From the NCBI RefSeq assembly GCF_963921235.1, contig NC_086098.1, forward strand, positions 6,014,001 to 6,078,000: DNA of 64,000 bases, in the 5' to 3' direction. This DNA is from Mobula hypostoma. Lineage: Eukaryota. The notes under the pieces are model-generated. The model saw only the letters and a program-made list of their open reading frames with translations, was not told the DNA's origin and did no database searches. The translations under genes and the position numbers were made by a program. Shown piece by piece: positions 1-10,286 of this stretch (positions are counted from its first letter, which is position 1; each line of letters starts with the position of its first letter).

Positions 1-453
1 TTACGATGCTTTGCATCATCAATCGAATGGGAGAGGTTCTGGTGGATTGGGGGCTGCAGATGTTATTCCCTTATTGAAGGAAGGGAGTAGAGATTGCCCA
101 GGAAATTATAGACCAGTGAGTCTTACTTCAGTGGTTGGTAAGTTGATGGAGAAGATCCTGAGAGGCAGGATTCATGAACATTTGGAGAGGTATAATATGA
201 TTAGGAATAGTCAGCATGGCTTTGTCAAAGGCAGGTCGTATCTTACGATCCTGACTGAATTTTTTGAGGATGTGACTAAACACATTGATGAAGGTAGAGC
301 TGTAGATGTAGTGTATATGGATTTCAGCAAGGCATTTGAAAAGGTACCCCATGCAAGGCTTATTGAGAAAGTAAGGAGGCATGGGACCCGTGGGGACATT
401 GTTTTCTCGATCCAGAACTGGCTTGCCCATAGAAGGCAAAGAATGGTTGTGAA
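1..453 (+). mobile_element. CR1 LINE ORF2 (RT) fragment
   Basis: ORF 11..529 has CR1 RT motifs GNYRPVSLTSVVGK, SQHGFVKGRS and DVVYMDFSKAF; runs off the window start. Confidence 0.9.
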
Positions 454-489
454 TATATGGCCAGAGCTATCAAACGCTCTTCATATGAC

Positions 490-2010
490 GTCATTCAATG
501 CTGGAAACAATTTCGTGAACCTCCTTTGAACCCTCTCCAGTTTCAGCACATCCTTCATAAGATAAGGAACCCACAACTGCTCACAACACTCCAAGTGAGG
601 CCTCACCATTGCTTTATGAAATATCAACATTACATCGTTGTTTTGATATTTTAGTCCTCTTGAAATGAATGCTAACAGTTCATGTGCCTTCTTCATCATA
701 GACTCAACCTGCAAATTAACCTCTAGGGAATCCTGCACAAGGACTCACAAATCCCTTTACACCTCAGTTTTTTGTATTTTCTCTACATTCAGAATTTAGT
801 CAACCCTTTCATTTTTTCTAAAAAAAAAGTGCATAACCATACACTTCCCAACACGGTATTCCACCTGCTATTTCTTTGCCTATTCTCCTGATCTGCCCAA
901 GTCATTCTTAGTCTCCCTACTTCTGCAAAACTACCTGCCCTCCACTCATATTCATATCATCTGCAAACTTTGCAACAAAGCACATATAAATCATTGACAT
1001 ATAATGTAAAATGATTCGGTCCCAACACAGACCCCTGTGGAACATCACTAGTCACTGGAAGCAATCGGAAAAGTCTTCCTTTACTTCCACTGTTTCCCTA
1101 CTGCCAATCAGCCACTGCTTTATCCATGCTAGAATATTTCCTGTAATTCCATGGGCTCATAGCTTGTTAAGCAGTCTCAAGTGTGGCACTTTGTCAAAGG
1201 CCTTCCGAAAATCCAAGTACACAACATCAACCGATTCTCCTTTGTCTATCCTGCTTGGTATTTCTTCAAAGAATTACAACAGATATGTCAGGCAATACTT
1301 TTCCCTCAGGGAAACTATGCTGATTACGGCCTATTTTGGAATGTGCTTCCAAGTGCCCTGAGATCTCATCCTTAATAATCATTTCCAATATCTTCCAAAC
1401 CACCAACATCAGACTACCTGGCCTATAGTTTATTTTCTCTACCCTCTCCCTTCTTGAAGAGTGGAGTGACATTTACAATTTTCCAGACTCCCAGAACCAT
1501 TCCAGAATCTAGGTATTCTTGAAAAATCATTGCTAATGCCTCCACGATCTCTTCAGCCACCTCTTCCAGAACCCTGGGGTGCACCCAAGGTGACTTACCT
1601 ACCATCAGACCTTTCAGTTTCCCAAGAATCTTCTGTCTAGATATGGTACTTTTGCACACTTCATGCCCCTGATACCTGGAACTTTCACCATACTGCTCTT
1701 GTCTTTCACAGTGAAGACTGATGCAAAATACTTACTCAGTTCATCCGCTATTTCATTGTTCTCCATTACTACCTCTCCAGCGTTGTTTACTAGAGGTCAA
1801 GTGTCCTCTCATGCCTCTCTTTTACACTTTATGTATCTGAAGAAACTTTTGGTATCCTCTTTAATATTCTTTGCAGCTTATTTTCGTATTCCATTCTTAC
1901 CTTCTTAATGACGTTCTTAGTTCTTTTCCAATCAATTTTGGCTAACTCCTCTCTCATGCTTCTGTAATTCACTTTACTCCACTGTAATGCTGTTACATCT
2001 AACTTTAGCA
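490..2010 (-). mobile_element. Degenerate CR1 LINE ORF2 fragment
   Basis: Minus ORFs 481..738 (VRPHLECCEQLW, LERVQRRFTK), 1266..1472 and 1423..1659 (HPRVLEEVAEEIVEAL); many frameshifts. Confidence 0.88.
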
Positions 2011-2405
2011 TACTATGGAGCCTAGAACCCATAACCGAACTGACTAATTTTACAACTTTCTGTAATTTATTTTGATTCTGTGCAGTAGTCCCCCTCCCAT
2101 ACCAGACAGTGATGCGGCCTGTCGGAATGCCCTCCACGGTACATCTGTAGATGCTTTTGAGTGCCTTAGGTGACAAACCAAATCTCTGCAAACTTCTAAT
2201 GTAATATGACCGCGGTCTTGCCTTCTTTATGACCGCATCGATCTGTTGGGACCAGGTTAGATCCACAGAGGTTTTGACACCCAGGAACTTGAGATTTCTC
2301 ACTTTTTCCAGTTCTGATTGCTTGATGAGGATTGGTTTGTGTCCCCTTGTCTCACCCTTCCGGAAGTTCAGAATCAGCTCTTTGGTCTAACTGACATTGA
2401 GTAAT
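2011..2405 (-). mobile_element. Rex1/Babar-like LINE RT C-terminal fragment
   Basis: ORF 1829..2302: KFLGV..DLTWSQQIDAVIKKAR..YRCTVEGIPTGRITVWYG. Confidence 0.75.
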
Positions 2406-2849
2406 GTCAAATGTGCAGTGGGGGGGGGGGGGGGGTGCGGGAAAGAGGGTTATAATATAGACATTTGAATGTAAAAAAAGAGTAATTTATTTCAAGCATG
2501 TTCATCTCTGAAAAGTTGGTCTTGTTTTCTCTTTAGTATTGACAGGTTGTGGCACATGTATGATATTCTTACCTGTGGGGGTGTTGTTTTTAAGTTAGTT
2601 AGTCCTAGAGAGTTTGTGAACCCCTTTGCTTTTATTTCTACAGCTGTGATGCCGACATTAAAAATTCGAAGTAATCCAGGCTTAAATCATTTTAATCAGC
2701 TACAAAACGTGATGACTGGTGACTAAATGCCACTGTAATATTCTTTAATAACATGTTTAAAGGAGGATGTCATATTAATGCCATCACTGGAATTGACTAA
2801 GATGTTGTCCTATGGGGTTGTGGTGGGTCCACCAGTGGAATTAGAATGG

Positions 2850-3133
2850 CTTCCTGAGGAGGCACAGTTTTAAGGTGCTTGGAAGTAGGTACGAGGGAGA
2901 TGTTGGGGGTAAATTTTTCACGCAGACAGTGGTGGGTGCATGGAATAGACTATGTGCGTCAGTGGTGGAGGCGGACACAACAGGGTCTTTTAAGAGACTG
3001 TTAAATAGGTACATGGAGTTTAGGAAAATAGAGGGCTATGCGGTAGTGAAATTCTCGGCAGCTTCTAGAGTAGGTTACATGGTCCGCACAACATTTTGGG
3101 CCAAAGGTCCTGTAAAGTGCTGTAGATTTCTAT
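2850..3133 (+). mobile_element. CR1 3' end fragment
   Basis: FFTQTVVGAWNRL..VVEADTTGSFKRLLNRYM followed by CR1-type 3' UTR ending TTTCTAT. Confidence 0.8.
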
Positions 3134-3144
3134 CCTATTACCTT

Positions 3145-3780
3145 AAGATATGGGAGCAGAAGTAGGCCATTTGGCCCATCGGGTCTGCTCCACCATTCAA
3201 TCATGGGCTGATCCAATTCTTCCAGTCATCTGCTCTGCTCTGCCTTCTCTCTGTATCCTTTGATACCCTGGCTAATCAAGAACCTATCTATCTGTTTCTT
3301 AAACACACCCAATGACCACCCTCTGACTAAGGTAATTTCTTCGCATCTCTGTTCTAAATGGACGTCCTTCATTCCCAAAGTCATGCCCTCTTGTCATAGA
3401 CTCCCCTACTATGGGATATAACCTTGCCATATCTAATCTTCTCAGACCTTTTATCATTCAGAATGTTTCTATGAGATCCCCCCTCATTCTCCTGAACTCC
3501 AGGGAATCCAGCCCAAGAGCTGCCAGACGTTCCTGATGTGGTAACGCTTTCATTCCTGGAATCATTCTCCTGAAAGCCTTTGGCTATCCACATGATCAAT
3601 GCCTCTCATCATCTTATACACCTCTATCAGGTCACCTCTCATCCTCTGTCGCTCCAAGGAGAAAAGGCCAAGTTTACTCAACCTATTTTCATAAGTTACG
3701 ACATCCAATCCAGGCAACATCCTTGTAAATCTCCTCTGCACTCTCTATAGTATCCACTTCCTTCTTGTAATGAGGTGACA
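3145..3780 (-). mobile_element. CR1 3' fragments (two pieces)
   Basis: Reverse-strand CR1 3' UTR (GGAGCAGAAGTAGGCCATTTGGCCC on +) and decayed ORF2 end. Confidence 0.75.
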
Positions 3781-4872
3781 GCGTGTATCCTTCTACCAAA
3801 GGCCATGTTGTTCTCAGGTTGGCACAAGCTTCATCTTTTGGGATCTTAGAATCTAAATGTATCCTTTATAGAGCAAGGTTCGCATCATTTCAGAAAGATA
3901 TTCTTGTATGCAGTGTCTGGTACTTTGACCTGTAGTGTTCTGTCAAACACCTAACAGCGCAAGTGGTGCATGTGAGCTCAATTTCAATATTTAAGAGATG
4001 TTTGGATAGATGCATCGATAGTTGGGATATGGAAGGCTATGGTCCCAGTGCAGGTCGATGGCAAAAAGCAGTTTTAATGTTTTGGCATGGACTAGATGGG
4101 CCGAAGGGTTGTTTCTCCGACACTATCTATTTTACTGCATTTTTCTTTCAGTTTGCACTCTATGTCAGAAAGTGTAAAATCAATAACGTTGTGAAGAAAA
4201 GAACGTCGCTCACGATATAGACTCTGAAACAGGCATAACTATTAAATCAGTCCGTAACCTTGGGATTAACTAAAATATAATCCTACCTCTTTTAAAAGTG
4301 CTCCCTTGTTGATAATCCCAATCAGTTCCATCTGGTGAAATGCAGAACCACAGAATATTCTGTATTTACTGAGGTGGCCGTAAAATCAGAATTTTCTGAT
4401 TGAAACCCAGCAACTTTCTCCCACTGAGTAGCTCTATTTCCTTTCCAGCGTAACAAAAACTATATATCAGGGGATTATCTCAAATTTTCCATGATTAGTT
4501 TCAGTTTATTGCTTCACAGACAATGTAATTTCCCCAGGTAGACAGGTTAGTGCCACTATGCACTGTTCTGCTGGTGAGAAAAGTCTTCTCTGATTTTGGA
4601 CCCACTGAATTCCATCTCATAATTAAGATATAACTGCTTCACAAAAAAAGTAAACAAATAAATTTGATCCCTCCCTTTTCCTTGGATTTTTATCAACGAT
4701 CCTGTTTCTAAAATAGGTTATTTATTTGGCATCAATTTTATAAATGTTTCTGACAGAACAATTTAGCTCAAAGAACACAATTCTGGTGGGTTTAAGTAGA
4801 TTTCATCTGTGTGTGTGTGGGTTAAATAAGAAAAGGCACAGTCTTTGTTCAAATCTGATCAGAAGTTATGGA

Positions 4873-5727
4873 GTTTGTATCTGTACACAACTCCATCATG
4901 GCTTGGCTTCGCAAACGAAGATTTAGGAAGGGGGCTGCCCACGTCTGCTGCAGGCTCGCTGGTGGCTGACGAGGCCAATACGGGACAGGCAGGTCCGGCC
5001 ACAGCGGTCGATGAGGATGGTCATAGACGTGGGCATGTCCTTTGGCCTGCGCAATGGTATTTTAGGTGGAGTGCAGTGTGCACGGTACTGGCCCCACCCT
5101 TTACACCCGGGGTTCATCTGCCTAGCGTGCTAGGACGGTGACAGCGAGGTCCTCGGGTCATAGGATTTACGTCGGAGTGTCCTTGTCCGAGGTGGATGGT
5201 CTGACAAGGCTAATGAGCCCCACCTGCCCGGGTTTGGATTCAGAGTTGTCCTTCTCTTAGGCTGGCTGTCAACCAAGGCTAACGAGCCCAGCCTACCCAT
5301 CCAGTTATACCGCTGGACGCTTGGTCGCGCCATGACGTAGCAAGCACGGTGGAAACGGGGGGCACCGATGAGAGGGTGTTGCTACGGACGCAGCAATGTA
5401 GGAGAGGCCATTTGCAGTAGCCTCCTGCCTAGCAGGCCAGACAGTGACCACATGGCGATCACTACATCGGGAAAGGAGAGGCGATGTATTGCAAGTACAC
5501 TTTCCCTGGGTGAGCAGATCGTCAGGCGCAGACCTCACCCGCCCCTCACAACTCCATATCAATTAAATAAAAGCACACACTAAGAGGATGGCTTTAACTG
5601 CTCTATCTGGTCTATTCACATTGCAGTGAGAGAGAAGAAACAATGTACACGTATGGACAGCCAATCAATACATAATGCTAAGGTGGTGGGGGTCAAAGCT
5701 CTAAAAGAAATAGATCCATACATTAGA
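4873..5727 (-). repeat. 3' LTR of the Gypsy element, split by the insertion at 4897-5546
   Basis: Starts TCTAATGTATGGATCTATTTC after polypurine tract AAAGGTGGAGGAAG; its last ~24 bp (4873-4896) lie beyond the insert and align to 9130-9153. Confidence 0.8.
4897..5546 (-). mobile_element. Non-autonomous, internally deleted RTE-type retroelement with 11-bp TSD
   Basis: TSD CACAACTCCAT at 4886-4896 and 5547-5557; 3' part encodes RTE C-terminal zinc-finger-like RCGRTCLSRIGLVSHQRAC plus tail stem-loop TCTTCGTTTGCGAAG; 5' part GC-rich and hairpin-rich with no RT. Confidence 0.85.
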
Positions 5728-7781
5728 CTTCCTCCACCTTTAGATTAATGGAACATAAAACTATATGTACAAAACATTCAATTTCCCTTTCATAAACCCA
5801 TATTCCAAATAAACGTGCTTTCACAATAACAGTCCATAACAACTTCACAGTTCTAAAGATTCAGTCTTTTGGGTGGTGATTTGTTTCTTTCAGGATAACA
5901 CCTCTGGACCTGTGGAGTAGCATCAGGCTTGGTAGGTTTCTTGTCTAAGACTTCGCTTTCAGTTTCCAGTGTCACATTGCAGTCAGTACATGATCATCAC
6001 TGAGAGGTAAGTTTAGCGACAGTAACGTGTCCGCCTTATGGGATGCACTCAACTCAGCCATGTTCTTCAGTTGATCATCCAGTATCTGGTCCACATGATG
6101 TCTCCATATCTGAGCTACAACATCCACTGTGTACATCAATGGTTTAGATCTTGTTGCTATCCTACCAGACGTCCAATTGTGGTAATCGTGTGTTAGGACT
6201 TTCTGTTCAATCTTGAAGCTCCTTGCTCTTCACTTGGATGAACTGTTTATTCTGCTCTTCCCTCCGTAGGTCTGCTTTCAGGGGGTTGATGTGAGATCTC
6301 AGATTCCTGCTCATGAACAGTATTGCAGGTGTTTGATTTGTCGTTGCATGAACAGAGTTCTGATTCAAAAAAAGGAAGTTGTCCACCTTGTGCTGTAGAG
6401 AAATGTCCTCCTTGTCCATCACTTTAATAGATTTCTTGAAGATTTGGATAAACCTTTCAGCTAACCCATTCATTGCTGGGTGGTGAGGAGCTGACTTGAA
6501 ATGCCTGGAGCCATTTTTTTCAAGAGCAGTCAAAATTCTCCTGATGAGTATTGTGGTCCATTGTCACTTACAATTTGTTCTGGTAAGTCACTTCTGGTGA
6601 AGAAGTCTCCAGAGTGGAGACAGTCTTTGCTGAGGTGGTTGACTTCATTGGTATAATCTCCGGCCATTTTGAATGAGCATCCACAGCTATCAGAAACATG
6701 GAGTCCATGAATGGCCCAGCAAAGTCAAAACGTACTCTTTCCCATGGTGATGACGGCCATTCCACAAGGTGTAACGGTGCCTACGGGGGTATATTTTGAA
6801 CTTCTTGGCATTTTGAACTGCTTTTGGTCAAGTCTTCAATCTGTTTATCTGTTCCCGGCCACCACAAGTGGCTCCAGATGAGACTCTTCATCTTGACTGT
6901 ACCCAAATGTGCTTCATGCTGATTTTCTAACACTCTGGTACACAGTTCAGAGGGAACCACAACACGAGATCCACACATCAGTGTTCTTTGACATACCGAC
7001 AGTTGGTCTCATCTTGCTGAGAACTCTGGAAACAAAGGGTTACCATGAGCTGGCCATCCTTGTATGGTGATGTCATAGACTTCTGACAGTGTCAGGTCAT
7101 TCCTGGTTTCCCTTTGTATTTCAGAATTTGTTACCGGCACCTTGTCCACCAATGCGGTGTGGAACTCTTCTGCTGGGTCACAGTATGAAGACTTTTCTTC
7201 TTCAGTTGCCAACAGTGGAAGACATGACAAGCCATCAGTGTTGCTGTGTTGTTTGTACTCTTGAACTCTAGGTCATGAGAGTGGGCTCCTAGGAACAGTG
7301 CCCAACGTTGTAACCAGGTAGCAGACATCACTGGAATTCCCTTCCTCAGATTGAAAATGAACACAAAGGGCTGGTGATCTAACACAGCATAAACTTTTGT
7401 CCGTAGAGGTAGTGGTGGAACTTCTTTATTCCCCATTCTAGACTAAATATCTCTTGGTCAATCTGTGCATAGTTGCATTGTGTGCTCCTCAGTGATCTTG
7501 AAGCAAAAGCAATTGGGCATTCAGATCCATCTTTCATAATGTGTGACAAAATGCCCCTAATGTCATTAGGGGATACATCACATACTTGGGCCTTGTAAAC
7601 TACCACCACCAATTTCTCCCAAACCTTGCTACAGTCCTGCATCCATTGAATGTACTGTTACAGACAGGAGCAAAGTGGGAACGGTCCGAAAGATGTTAAA
7701 AAGCATTCAAGGAAACAGAGACTAATTATAACCAATGAACTGCTCACCCATTATGATCCATCCCTGCCCACCTGACTGGCA

Positions 7782-8642
7782 CTCAGATCATCTACCAACT
7801 GAGACAAATTGGATAGACCCATCAATTCAACTTGACGAAATAACGCTGGAAAATGTGGACCACTTTCTGTATCTTGGAAGTCTCCAATGTCAACCTTAAT
7901 GACGAGATCCAACATTGTCTTAAATGCGATGGCACAGCTTTTGGATGTCTCCGAACATAATTGTGACATCCGAACAGACACAAAAATGTTAGTGTACAAA
8001 GCAGTGGTGATCCCAACGCTCCTGTATGCATTAGAAACCTGGACAACATACCGACGACATCTGAAGGCACTTGAAAAGTTCCATCAACGTTGTCTTCGAA
8101 ACACCTTAAATAGCAGCTGGGAAGATAGAAGAACCAACGTCAGTGTGCTAAATGAAGCAAAAACAACAAGCATTGAAGCCTACGTCATCAGGAACCAACT
8201 AAGATGGAGCGGTCATGTTGTTCGGATGAAAGACGAACGACTGCCGAAACAAATCTACTCCCAGCTTAAAGAAGGCAAACGTAAAAGAGATGGACAACAG
8301 AAGAGATTCAAAGACGTCTTAAAGGCCAACATGAAGAAATGTAACATCGACATCAACAATTAGGAAACCAATGTCAAGGACAGCAAACTCTAGCAAGCCA
8401 TCATCCGACAAGGAACAGCAACTTTCAAAGCCAACAGATGTGCAGAATTAGAAGAAAAGAGAAGAAAATGGAAAGAGAGGCAGCAACAACCAAAGCCCGA
8501 TCTGCCATCTGGAACTTCCCGTCCTGAATGCGAAAGAACTTTCAAACCCAAGATTGGACTCATAAGCCACTTGAGAGCCCATAAGTAGATCAACAGAATG
8601 AAGACCATCATCCTCGACCTCGAGGGATAGCCATGAAGGAAG
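7782..8642 (+). mobile_element. 5'-truncated RTE LINE 3' fragment inside the Gypsy element
   Basis: ORF 7887..8363 TKMLVYKAVVIPTLLYALETWT..LRWSGHVVRM..RLPKQI; C-terminal CERTFKPKIGLISHLRAH; RTE-like tail ATCCTCGACCTCGAGGGAT. Confidence 0.88.
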
Positions 8643-9129
8643 GTTCATCTTATAAAATCTGAATCTCTCAGCTATTACCTGTGGTTTAGGGCTGTAGTGA
8701 TTTTGCAACATTGTAACAATTTCATTTACCATCTTGCTTGCCGGATTTTCAGGGGTTATTAATTTGCATAAGATACTCTACATCCCAGGACCCATTAAGC
8801 TAAGACGCGTGAGGACTTCCTTTTGCTCCTCCATGTTGTTCGCATTGCAATGGTTCCACCCTCTCAGTTAGTGACTCCCAGCCTTCATTAGCGCTATCTA
8901 ATTTGGCAGCTTTCCTCACTGAAGCCATCACTGTGTTATTTTCACTTTAAATCCAGTGCTTCTTGCACTGTGTACAATGCAGGCAGTTACTCACATACCC
9001 CTTTCTTAGTAACTGTGACGGCCTTGTCCGTACTGTTTAACTCTTGCTGGTTCGTACCATAATCATACTGTAACTGTTGGCGCAGTTCATGATACTTTCT
9101 GACATTAATGTTCACACTTGTCACCAATT

Positions 9130-9329
9130 TGCTGTGTCTGTGCACGACTACATATCGATTAAATAAAAACATGCATGTGGGAGATGGCTTTCACTGGTGT
9201 ATTCACATTGCAGCGAGAGAGAGAGAACAATGTGCAAGCTGTTGTCTGCACATGCGCAGACAACAGATCAATACGTAGAGCGAAAGAGGGGATGTCATTG
9301 CTCCAAAAGAAATAGATCCATACATTACA
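9130..9329 (-). repeat. 5' LTR of the Gypsy element
   Basis: Minus strand starts TGTAATGTATGGATCTATTTC, ends ..CACAGCA, then PBS-like AATTGGTGACAAG; homologous to 5558-5727. Confidence 0.85.
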
Positions 9330-10286
9330 GTTAAAGTGTTGTGCTTAGTATTTCAAAATTACTTCCTCTGAGAGTTCTTGTGATATAAACAAAATGTTTT
9401 TTATACAGCTACTCTTAATCGACATTAATCTAAATTCTTGTTCTGCTTCATACTTTTGTTTCAAGATTGTTTAATGTCGTTTCCAGTAGACAAGTGTTAA
9501 GGAAAACAAAATAATTGTAACTGCAGATCTGATGCAGCAAAAAAACCCACAATAAATATAAATATATATAATAGCTTATCTATGTAGATTGATTGTATGT
9601 CCAAAAAGCTATTGGAGTGGGAGGGAGAGCGGCCAGATGTCTTGCTAAAGAGGTCCTGAAGAGAGAGTTTAGAGGGCTAAACAGAAAGCCCAAAAGCAGG
9701 AGCTCCAAGGCAATTATTCCTGGAGTCTACCTTTGCCACGCAGCTGTGAGGGGAGATACAGGGTGAATTGACAGATATATGGGTGGCTGAGAACTTGGTG
9801 CAGGGGGCATAGGTTATATGTTAACCCCTTCATTCCCGGAATCATCCTCGTGAACCTCCTCTGGACTCTCTCCAATGACAACACATCCTTTCTGAGATAT
9901 GGGGCCCAAAATTGTTAACAATTCTCCAACTGCGGCCTTACTAGTGTCTTATAAATCCTCAGCCATATCTCCTTGCTTTTATATTCTATTCCCCTTAAAA
10001 TAAATGCCAACGTTTCTTTTACCTTCTTTACAACAGACTGAACTTGTAAAATTAACCTTCTGGGAGGCTTGCACAAGTATTCTTAAGTCCTTCTGCAGCT
10101 CTGATATTTGAAACTTCTCCCTATTCATATAATAGTCCACACTATTGTTCCTTTTGCCAAAATACATCATCATACATTTCCTGACACTGTATTCCATCTG
10201 TCATTTTTTTTGCCCTTTCTTCCAATTTGTTTAAGTCCTGCTGCAATCACAGTGCTTCCTCAGAACTATCTACCCCTCCACCTATC

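Larger units (their letters stand above)
4873..9329 (-). mobile_element. Decayed Ty3/Gypsy LTR retrotransposon (gag, RNase H and integrase remnants; protease/RT core missing)
   Basis: gag NHYSPKPQVIAERFRFYK (to 8732); RNase H CDVSP..PIAFASRSL..WGIKKFHHYLYG (7379..7642); integrase HEAHLG..C..C, PWERVRFDFAGP, SAPHHPAMNGLAERF (6207..6978); order RH then IN; two related LTRs, PBS and PPT. Confidence 0.9.

Noticed and set aside
2419..2435. Poly-G run as a regulatory G-quadruplex
   Set aside because: Simple homopolymer at a repeat boundary with no evidence of function
2644..2726. Possible host exon after CTTTTATTTCTACAG
   Set aside because: Acceptor-like site only; short frame with no recognisable protein and no supporting neighbouring exons
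5300..5546. HDV-like ribozyme at the 5' end of the mini-RTE
   Set aside because: Many hairpins, but I could not place P3/L3, P1.1 and J4/2 in the required order
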